A stretch of 8,113 bases of DNA from a virus (lineage: Duplodnaviria > Heunggongvirae > Uroviricota > Caudoviricetes): the IMG/VR virus record IMGVR_UViG_2693429779_000008; one strand, 5' to 3'. Shown one piece after another: positions 1 through 5,435 of this stretch (the first letter of the stretch is position 1; each line of letters begins with the position of its first letter). The translations under genes and the position numbers were made by a program. The notes below the pieces were generated by a model. It searched no databases, was not told where the DNA came from, and saw only the letters and a list, made by a program, of their open reading frames with translations.

Positions 1-419
1 TCCAGTATCCGGATGGTAAGCCGCCGGTATGGGCAAAGTGTACGAAAGGTGTGTATCCGTCTTACTGGGAAGAATGGAAAAAAGTCAGGGAGGTGGTAAA
101 AGTTGCCTGTCCGGAGTGTGGCGGAAAGGGTGAGGTTTCCACCGCCTGTAAGGATTGCCGTGGGCGTGGTGTCGCCATTCATCGTGAAGAGTCGGTAAAA
201 CGTGGTATGCCTGTTATCAGAGACTGCCAGCGTTGTGGTGGTCGTGGCTATGAAAGACTACCATCAACGGAGGCATTTAATGCTATATGCGAGGTGACAA
301 ACCAGATAACACGCGCGTCATGGGAAAAAACAGTTAAGAAATTCTATGATGCGCTGGTGACCCGGTTTGATATTGAAGAAGCATGGGCTGAGCGGCAGTT
401 AAAAAAGGTAACTAGGTAA
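1..419 (+). CDS. Q-like late-gene antiterminator candidate, 5' partial, with three DnaJ-type CxxCxGxG zinc-finger repeats
   Basis: The reading frame is open from the window start (codons phased from position 3) to TAA at 417-419; the ORF track's start at 51 is only the first in-frame start codon (GTG). Three CxxCxGxG motifs are visible (CPECGGKG, CKDCRGRG, CQRCGGRG). The gene sits immediately upstream of a pR'-like promoter and terminator, as Q does in lambdoid phages. Family assignment is from context and motif, not a search. Confidence 0.5.
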   Translation, partial: QYPDGKPPVWAKCTKGVYPSYWEEWKKVREVVKVACPECGGKGEVSTACKDCRGRGVAIHREESVKRGMPVIRDCQRCGGRGYERLPSTEAFNAICEVTNQITRASWEKTVKKFYDALVTRFDIEEAWAERQLKKVTR

Positions 420-424
420 CAAGG

Positions 425-452
425 TTGATTTTTCCGGAATCTGTGGTAAATT
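425..452 (+). promoter_or_regulatory. pR'-like late promoter candidate (TTGATT, 16-bp spacer, TAAATT)
   Basis: TTGATT at 425-430 and TAAATT at 447-452 with a 16-bp spacer, directly downstream of the Q-like stop codon. Lambda pR' also uses a TAAATT -10 element. Pattern match only. Confidence 0.3.
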
Positions 453-500
453 CGTCATAACGATGGGCGTTTTATGCCTGACGTTAGAAGAGTTTCTACA

Positions 501-523
501 ACCCGCCGCCGAGCGGGTTTTTT
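501..523 (+). terminator. Rho-independent terminator (tR'-like, type 1)
   Basis: 6-bp GC-rich stem ACCCGC/GCGGGT with loop CGCCGA, followed by a T-run (518-523). The same element with its upstream 14 nt recurs at 2579-2601. Confidence 0.6.
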
Positions 524-643
524 ATGACTGAAATCGCGTCAGTACAGTAAACGCGCTGGTGGCGGTGAATACCTGTCTTTCAGCTTGCTGGCTTTTTCGA
601 CAAGAGTTATTGGTGTGTCACGTTAACCGGAAAAGGAAAAGAC

Positions 644-841
644 ATGCTAAAACAGCAGGATATGACAGAAACCGCCAGAGTGGTGTTTAATGAATTAAGC
701 GTTACCGAACCGGCGACAGTCGGGGAGATAGCGCAGAATACTTACCTTTCACGCGAACGCTGCCAGTTAATACTGACCCAGCTGGTTATGGCGGGTCTGG
801 CAGACTATCAGTTCGGTTGTTACAGACGCCTTCCGCAGTGA
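644..841 (+). CDS. Small helix-turn-helix (winged-helix-like) protein, 65 aa, function unknown
   Basis: ATG at 644 is preceded by AGGAAA at about -12 to -7. The segment TVGEIAQNTYLSRERCQLILTQLVMAGL has typical HTH character. The stop codon lies inside a terminator hairpin (828-851). Confidence 0.6.
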   Translation: MLKQQDMTETARVVFNELSVTEPATVGEIAQNTYLSRERCQLILTQLVMAGLADYQFGCYRRLPQ

Positions 842-851
842 AGGCTTTTTT
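828..851 (+). terminator. Rho-independent terminator overlapping the stop of the HTH gene
   Basis: Stem GCCTTC (828-833) / GAAGGC (840-845), 6-nt loop, then TTTTTT (846-851). Confidence 0.5.
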
Positions 852-991
852 ATTTGTGGTAAATGGGCGGCTGGTGGGTGTTAGGGGCACCCACCAGCCA
901 TCTGCTCATGCGTTGGGTTCACAAGCAAACCTCAGGCCCACTGCTTTGCGCAAAAGCAGAATGAGCCTATCAGAGACAGGCTTAATGATCC

Positions 992-2050
992 ATGCTTAAT
1001 GCTGTAAAAATATCCAGTTGTGAGTTAATCAACGCCGACTGCCTGGAATTTATCCGGTCGTTACCCGAAAATTCTGTTGACCTGATAGTCACGGACCCGC
1101 CGTACTTTAAAGTGAAGCCTGAGGGCTGGGATAACCAGTGGAAGGGCGACGATGATTACCTGAAGTGGCTGGACCAGTGTCTGGCGCAGTTCTGGCGGGT
1201 GCTGAAACCTGCCGGAAGTCTTTACCTGTTCTGTGGTCATCGCCTGGCATCTGATATCGAAATCATGATGCGTGAACGCTTCAGTGTGCTGAACCATATT
1301 ATCTGGGCGAAGCCGTCCGGACGCTGGAACGGATGCAACAAGGAAAGCCTGCGGGCGTATTTCCCCGCCACAGAGCGCATTCTGTTCGCGGAACATTATC
1401 AGGGGCCGTATCGTCCGAAAGATGCCGGGTATGCGGCGAAGGGCAGTGCACTGAAACAGCATGTGATGGCCCCGCTGATTTCTTACTTTCGTGATGCGCG
1501 AGCTGCCCTGGGGATAACGGCAAAACAGATTGCAGATGCCACAGGAAAGAAAAACATGGTGTCGCACTGGTTCAGTGCCGGTCAGTGGCAGTTGCCGAAT
1601 GAAAGCGATTATCTGAAATTACAGGCGCTGTTTGCCCGGGTGGCAGAAGAGAAGCATCGGCGTGGTGAACTGGAAAAGCTCCACCACCAGCTGGTGGATA
1701 CGTATACCTCACTGAACCGGCAGTATGCGGAGCTGCTGAGTGAATATAAACATCTGCGGCGGTATTTTGGCGTGACGGTGCAGGTGCCGTATACCGATGT
1801 GTGGACGCATAAACCGGTGCAGTTCTATCCCGGGAAACATCCGTGCGAAAAACCGGCAGAAATGCTGCAGCAGATAATCAGCGCTAGCAGTCGTCCGGGT
1901 GACCTGATTGCAGATTTTTTCATGGGGTTGGGTTCGACAGTGAAAGCGGCACTGGCGCTCGGGCGTCGTGCAATTGGCGTTGAGCTGGAGACTGAACGTT
2001 TTGAGCAGACGGTTCGGGAAGTACAGGATTTAGTCAGCCAGAACGGATGA
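992..2050 (+). CDS. Orphan DNA methyltransferase, beta-class N6-adenine/N4-cytosine type (352 aa)
   Basis: Catalytic motif IV DPPY (VTDPPYF) lies near the N-terminus and the AdoMet-binding motif I (FFMGLGST...LGRRAIGVELE) near the C-terminus. This IV-before-I order is typical of beta-class amino-MTases common in phages. No adjacent restriction endonuclease gene is visible. Target specificity cannot be read from the sequence. Confidence 0.9.
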   Translation: MLNAVKISSCELINADCLEFIRSLPENSVDLIVTDPPYFKVKPEGWDNQWKGDDDYLKWLDQCLAQFWRVLKPAGSLYLFCGHRLASDIEIMMRERFSVLNHIIWAKPSGRWNGCNKESLRAYFPATERILFAEHYQGPYRPKDAGYAAKGSALKQHVMAPLISYFRDARAALGITAKQIADATGKKNMVSHWFSAGQWQLPNESDYLKLQALFARVAEEKHRRGELEKLHHQLVDTYTSLNRQYAELLSEYKHLRRYFGVTVQVPYTDVWTHKPVQFYPGKHPCEKPAEMLQQIISASSRPGDLIADFFMGLGSTVKAALALGRRAIGVELETERFEQTVREVQDLVSQNG

Positions 2051-2090
2051 TATTGAAGAATTAATTACGCGTCGTTATTATGCGGCTCCC

Positions 2091-2166
2091 GGCCCTTTAG
2101 CTCAGTGGTGAGAGCGAGCGACTCATAATCGCCAGGTCGCTGGTTCAAATCCAGCAAGGGCCACCA
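2091..2166 (+). tRNA. ileZ: tRNA with CAT anticodon, ileX/ileZ-like (tRNA-Ile2 read via lysidine, or Met), 76 nt with encoded CCA
   Basis: Hand-folded cloverleaf: acceptor GGCCCTT/AAGGGCC, D-stem GCTC/GAGC, anticodon loop CTCATAA, T-loop TTCAAAT, encoded CCA. Closely resembles E. coli ileX as recalled. The symbol is by analogy to Stx-phage tRNA clusters. Confidence 0.85.
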
Positions 2167-2173
2167 TCACATA

Positions 2174-2250
2174 CCGCCATTAGCTCATCAGGAAAGAGCG
2201 CCAGCCTTCGAAGCTGGCTGCGCGGGGTTCAAGTCCCCGATGGCGGTCCA
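2174..2250 (+). tRNA. argN: tRNA-Arg, anticodon TCG (reads CGA), 77 nt with encoded CCA
   Basis: Hand-folded: acceptor CCGCCAT/ATGGCGG (unusual C1-G72), D-loop ATCAGGAAA, anticodon stem CCAGC/GCTGG with loop CTTCGAA, T-loop TTCAAGT. The symbol is by positional analogy to the ileZ-argN-argO cluster of Stx phages and is not verified. Confidence 0.7.
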
Positions 2251-2263
2251 TTATCTGCATCAT

Positions 2264-2340
2264 GCGTTGTTAGCTCAGCCGGACAGAGCAATTGCCTTCT
2301 AAGCAATCGGTCACTGGTTCGAATCCAGTACAACGCGCCA
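2264..2340 (+). tRNA. argO: tRNA-Arg, anticodon TCT (reads AGA), 77 nt with encoded CCA
   Basis: Hand-folded: acceptor GCGTTGT/ACAACGC, anticodon stem ATTGC/GCAAT with loop CTTCTAA, T-loop TTCGAAT. Symbol by positional analogy. Confidence 0.85.
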
Positions 2341-2354
2341 CACTTATTTTCCCT

Positions 2355-2380
2355 GGCTCGCTTTTGCGGGCCTTTTTTTT
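2355..2380 (+). terminator. Rho-independent terminator after tRNA triplet 1
   Basis: 7-bp stem GGCTCGC/GCGGGCC (one G-U pair) with TTTT loop, followed by eight T residues (2373-2380). Confidence 0.6.
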
Positions 2381-2566
2381 AAATGTCTCACAATTCAGAC
2401 GGTTGACAGTTGTCTGTTTTGCGGGGAGTTTGTTAAAAGAAACTGGCATGGTGAATCCCCCTGTGCGGAGGGGCAATCAGCGAGTAGGTATATGGGATAA
2501 TCGCGGATTCAGGTGCTGGTACTGAATTCACCGGGAGGCACCCGGCATCATGCAATGGCACATAGC
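2381..2566 (+). repeat. Module copy A: TTGACA hexamer, conserved hairpins, ends ...CACATAGC; candidate promoter/leader or structured-RNA unit
   Basis: Near-identical to 3554-3739 and 4501-4686; a diverged homolog lies at 4961-5184. Contains TTGACA (2403-2408), hairpin CCCCT-GTGCGG-AGGGG, and hairpin CCGGG-AGGCA-CCCGG. Followed by the type-1 terminator. Confidence 0.8.
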
Positions 2567-2578
2567 AGAGTTTCTACA

Positions 2579-2601
2579 ACCCGCCGCCGAGCGGGTTTTT
2601 T
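2579..2601 (+). terminator. Rho-independent terminator (second copy of type 1)
   Basis: Same ACCCGC-CGCCGA-GCGGGT hairpin plus T-run as 501-523, including the AGAGTTTCTACA lead-in. Confidence 0.6.
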
Positions 2602-2640
2602 ATTGCGGAATTAATTACGGACCGTTATTATTCTGCTCCC

Positions 2641-2716
2641 GGCCCTTTAGCTCAGTGGTGAGAGCGAGCGACTCATAATCGCCAGGTCGCTGGTTCAAAT
2701 CCAGCAAGGGCCACCA
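2641..2716 (+). tRNA. ileZ: tRNA with CAT anticodon (second copy, identical to 2091-2166)
   Basis: 76 nt identical to the first copy. The upstream spacer GAATTAATTACG...CTCCC is also duplicated with a few substitutions. Confidence 0.85.
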
Positions 2717-2723
2717 TCACAAA

Positions 2724-2803
2724 CCGCCATTAGCTTATCAGGAAGAGCAGACGACATGATAACAGGGTTGTTGGTGCGGGGGCGGGTCCCCGATGGCGGT
2801 CCA
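2724..2803 (+). pseudogene. Degenerate tRNA-like element (paralog of tRNA-Arg TCG with rewritten anticodon and T arms)
   Basis: Acceptor stem CCGCCAT/ATGGCGG and D-arm are retained, but the anticodon region is replaced by about 28 nt that do not form a canonical 5-bp stem with 7-nt loop, and the T-loop is GCGGGT instead of TTCAAGT. Probably non-functional, or a tRNA-derived element. Confidence 0.5.
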
Positions 2804-2816
2804 TTATCGGTATTCA

Positions 2817-2893
2817 GCGTTGTTAGCTCAGCCGGACAGAGCAATTGCCTTCTAAGCAATCGGTCACTGGTTCGAATCCAGTACAGCGCGCCA
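2817..2893 (+). tRNA. argO: tRNA-Arg, anticodon TCT (second copy, one acceptor-stem substitution giving a G-U pair)
   Basis: Same cloverleaf as 2264-2340. The 3' acceptor strand is ACAGCGC rather than ACAACGC. Confidence 0.8.
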
Positions 2894-3003
2894 TATTCAT
2901 TCTTCCAGATTCCTTCCGGCAGAGCCTTATACTGAAATATACCTGGCTCAGGATATTGTTGAAAATATTTTATGTTTGTCAAAAATAAAAGTTCTGTTAA
3001 GTA

Positions 3004-3357
3004 TTGATTGAGTGTTTGTTATACGGTCTAATGGTTTTTTCAGCATTAAATATTTATCATTCATATGGTGTGGGTAGAGTGAATATTGATGAGGCGTCGG
3101 GGTGTTTCATCCTTAGGCAGCGTATTGATATAGTCAATGCAGCACGAGCAAAGGCCTTCAGCCGTTTGACAGTTTTGTTCTGTACTCCTGATCGTCTTTC
3201 GGGAAGAGACGTTATTATTCTGAATAGTGATGCTATACAGAGGGTTTGCGATGAGTTCATGGTTGCTAATTCAGAATTATTTGCTCTTGTTCAGGAGTAC
3301 AACAGAATAGCCAGGACCTGTGGTATGGATGAACTTCGGATTACTCATCTGGGGTAG
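3004..3357 (+). CDS. Hypothetical protein, no recognisable family; start codon uncertain
   Basis: Open frame from TTG at 3004 to TAG at 3355-3357; alternative in-frame starts are ATG 3031 and GTG 3070/3079, none with a convincing Shine-Dalgarno. Preceded by an AT-rich promoter-like stretch (2940-3003). Coding status is unproven. Confidence 0.3.
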   Translation: MIECLLYGLMVFSALNIYHSYGVGRVNIDEASGCFILRQRIDIVNAARAKAFSRLTVLFCTPDRLSGRDVIILNSDAIQRVCDEFMVANSELFALVQEYNRIARTCGMDELRITHLG

Positions 3358-3553
3358 ATACATATCTGGATTATCACCTGTTACGGTAAAAAGTGATTGC
3401 TTACTGTTTTTGTGAATGGCATTGCAGCAGCCGGATAATGTCAGTGCTGGCTGACGGTGTGCTGGTGGCGGGTGTGGTGGTTGTTGCTTTCCCGTTGCTG
3501 AAAAAGAAAACGCCAGACTGTTAGCCGGGTATCAGTTAGCGGGAGAAATTTTT

Positions 3554-3739
3554 AAATACTTCACAATTCAGGCGGTTGACTGTTGTCTGGTTTGCGGGGA
3601 GTTTGTTAAAAGAAACTGGCATGGTGAATCCCCCTGTGCGGAGGGGCAATCAGCGAGTAGGTATATGGGATAATCGCGGATTCAGGTGCTGGTACTGAAT
3701 TCACCGGGAGGCACCCGGCACCATGCAATGGCACATAGC
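3554..3739 (+). repeat. Module copy B (hexamer is TTGACT in this copy)
   Basis: Aligns base-for-base with copy A apart from a few substitutions near the 5' end. Followed by the type-2 terminator. Confidence 0.8.
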
Positions 3740-3749
3740 GCCACTCTCC

Positions 3750-3774
3750 AGCCCCTCTCCGGAGGGGCTGTTTA
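3750..3774 (+). terminator. Rho-independent terminator (type 2)
   Basis: 8-bp stem AGCCCCTC/GAGGGGCT with TCCG loop, then GTTTATATT. Confidence 0.6.
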
Positions 3775-3804
3775 TATTGATTTTGTCAGATGTGAGTAAA
3801 CTCC

Positions 3805-4140
3805 TTATGGACTTTGTTGTTTTAGTCCATAAGGACATATTTGCAGAGTGCAACGGTTATTAAAGCATTCATTCAATACGTTATCTGTATTTGTAGGGCA
3901 TTCCTGGCTATTTTTGATTGAATTCCAGAATGTTTTATTGAATGGTACTACGTTGTAAATGGTTACAGGTAGCACTTTGTTATTGAGCATGATGCCTGTG
4001 TGAGTCAGTGTAAATATACTTTCAGGAGGTAAGAAAGCATCCGATTGATACCAGATTATTAATTTTATTTTACTCCATATGACTGAAAAAGATATTCCGC
4101 ATGATGGCTGGATAACTGTATCAATCACAATCCACTTCAT
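3805..4140 (-). CDS. Hypothetical protein, 111 aa, with four cysteines in the C-terminal part, encoded antisense to the late operon in an AT-rich island
   Basis: On the minus strand the ATG at 4140-4138 is preceded by AAGGAAACTAA (good Shine-Dalgarno spacing). Composition is visibly AT-rich compared with flanking phage DNA. A perfect 12-bp inverted repeat (3802-3813 / 3824-3835) overlaps the stop codon. No family recognised. Confidence 0.45.
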   Translation of the reverse strand: MKWIVIDTVIQPSCGISFSVIWSKIKLIIWYQSDAFLPPESIFTLTHTGIMLNNKVLPVTIYNVVPFNKTFWNSIKNSQECPTNTDNVLNECFNNRCTLQICPYGLKQQSP

Positions 4141-4400
4141 TTAGTTTCCTTGTTTATGCCTTGCTGGTGATGTTCTGAAAAGTATAAATGATATTTTTGA
4201 ATGTAAACCATAGAGCAGAATTATTTTTCTGATGTTGTTTATTGTTTATTTAAATGCAGGGTGGTTTATATCTCGTCTTGTAGTTTATCCATGCATATCT
4301 GCTTGATAATCAGGTTTTTATTTAAGGTATGGTTTTGTGTTTTTTCTGTATTACATGTCAGGTATTTTAAAGAATTATTTTTCAGATGGTGGAAAGAACC

Positions 4401-4502
4401 ATGGCATTTAAACACTATGATGTTGTCAGGGCGGCGCCGCCGTCAGATCTTGCGGAAAAGCTGACACATAAACTGAAAGAGGGCTGGCAGCCATTTTTTT
4501 AA
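4401..4502 (+). pseudogene. Truncated paralog of the nanS-p 5' end (first 33 codons of the DUF1737-type N-terminus, then stop)
   Basis: Encodes MAFKHYDVVRAAPPSDLAEKLTHKLKEGWQPFF-stop; the full gene at 5436 begins MAFKHYDVVRAASPSDLAKRLTQKLKEGWQPFG. That is 5 differences in 33 residues. The frame ends where module copy C begins (stop TAA at 4500-4502 made by the junction). Confidence 0.65.
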
Positions 4503-4686
4503 ATGTCTCACAATTCAGACGGTTGACAGTTGTCTGTTTTGCGGGGAGTTTGTTAAAAGAAACTGGCATGGTGAATCCCCCTGTGCGGAGGGGCAATCAG
4601 CGAGTAGGTATATGGGATAATCGCGGATTCAGGTGCTGGTACTGAATTCACCGGGAGGCACCCGGCATCATGCAATGGCACATAGC
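4501..4686 (+). repeat. Module copy C
   Basis: Near-identical to copy A (TTGACA at 4523-4528, same hairpins). Followed by the type-2 terminator. Confidence 0.8.
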
Positions 4687-4696
4687 GCCACTCTCC

Positions 4697-4720
4697 AGCC
4701 CTCTCCGGAGGGGCTTTTCT
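4697..4720 (+). terminator. Rho-independent terminator (type 2, one-base deletion variant)
   Basis: AGCCCTC-TCCG-GAGGGGCT followed by TTTTCT. Confidence 0.5.
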
Positions 4721-4909
4721 GTGCCGGATACATCACAGTTTCTGGAACCTTAGGTACTACAGTATCAGTCAGGGTGCTATATTTTCAGATGTGATGAAAG
4801 CCTGTCAGCAGGCAGGGCGTATCGGAAATGACCCAGTAGAGAAAACGTTGACTCAGATACCGGTGCTGAGTTACCGGGAAACCGGCATCACATGACCGCT
4901 ATCCTTCCA

Positions 4910-4936
4910 GGCCCATCCGCTCCGGTGGGCCTTTTT
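4910..4936 (+). terminator. Rho-independent terminator
   Basis: 8-bp stem GGCCCATC/GGTGGGCC (one G-U pair) with 6-nt loop, then TTTTT (4932-4936). Confidence 0.55.
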
Positions 4937-4960
4937 ACTGCAGAAAACAGGTTCCCCGTT

Positions 4961-5184
4961 AAATGCTATGTTGCTCACAATTCAGTAAGTTGACAGTTGC
5001 CTGTCAGACTGGGCATTTGTTAAAAAAATTTCGCATGGTGAATCCCCCTGAGCGGAGGGGCGACTGGTGACGGTATAATCTCTGATTATCAAAACGAGAA
5101 TGACGCGGGTTTAGTGGCACCGGGCTGAACTCACCGGGAGGCACCCGGCACCATGTGCATGATGATACAGATACGCGGCTTTAG
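4961..5184 (+). repeat. Module copy D (diverged homolog of A/B/C)
   Basis: Shares CTCACAATTCAG, TTGACAGTTG, TTTGTTAAAA, CATGGTGAATCCCCCTG-GCGGAGGGG, a TATAAT at the position of TATATG in A-C, and CTCACCGGGAGGCACCCGGCA. Intervening segments differ and include insertions. Confidence 0.7.
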
Positions 5185-5204
5185 CCCCTCTCCGGAGGGG
5201 TTTT
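5185..5204 (+). terminator. Rho-independent terminator (type 2 variant) closing copy D
   Basis: Stem CCCCTC/GAGGGG with TCCG loop, then TTTTCTTGTG. An A7 run plus the GCCCGCG/CGCGGGC hairpin immediately downstream (5214-5242) would act as a terminator for the opposite strand. Confidence 0.55.
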
Positions 5205-5435
5205 CTTGTGGGCAAAAAAAGCCCGCGCTGGGAGACGCGGGCGGCAAGGAATAAACAATAAAACGTGAAGTAATATTTCAGCTGGCGAATAATACCCCAT
5301 AGTAATCACTCTGCGCAACTGCGCGGTCTTTTTCGAATTGCGGGCTGTCGTCTCTCTTCTGCCATTGTCCTGTAACTTCCGGACTTCAGCCCGCTCCTTA
5401 TTTTACTCACAATATTATCCCGGCCGGGAGGATTC

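Noticed and set aside
817-999. ORF 817..999 (+) in the HTH-to-methyltransferase gap
   Set aside because: It starts inside the HTH gene's terminator hairpin, spans two strong stem-loops, has no Shine-Dalgarno, and its sequence is low-complexity. Judged non-coding intergenic structure.
1061-1567. Minus-strand ORFs 1061..1567 and 1299..1523 from the ORF track
   Set aside because: They lie entirely antisense within the well-supported methyltransferase CDS, have no ribosome-binding site or recognisable features, and are typical shadow ORFs of GC-rich coding sequence.
2396-2470. Sigma-54 promoter in the module (CTGGCAT...)
   Set aside because: TGGCAT resembles the -24 element, but no GC/TTGC -12 element follows at the required spacing. 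Not supported.
2270-2982. ORFs 2270..2476 (-), 2292..2525 (+) and 2695..2982 (-)
   Set aside because: They overlap tRNA genes and the repeat modules. The 2292 ORF's tail is the 25-codon frame inside the module, which is not conserved in copy D. Interpreted as chance frames across RNA genes and repeats.
3057-3260. Minus-strand ORF 3057..3260
   Set aside because: Antisense to the already uncertain 3004-3357 frame, with no start context. No independent support.
2900-3560. stx toxin genes or remnants in the moron position downstream of the tRNAs
   Set aside because: Neither the 3004-3357 frame nor any other frame in this zone resembles StxA or StxB as I recall them (no signal peptide-like N-terminus, no matching motifs). 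This prophage region appears stx-negative.
4261-4464. ORF 4261..4464 (+) from the ORF track
   Set aside because: It runs through the AT-rich promoter region in a frame that is +1 relative to the nanS-p-homologous frame. The biologically meaningful signal here is the nanS-p 5' relic starting at 4401, not this frame.
2381-5204. The repeat family as a CRISPR array or an insertion sequence/MITE
   Set aside because: The units are about 190-220 bp and separated by kilobase-scale unique segments, not 25-50 bp repeats with short spacers. They have no terminal inverted repeats, target-site duplications or transposase gene. CRISPR and IS interpretations do not fit.
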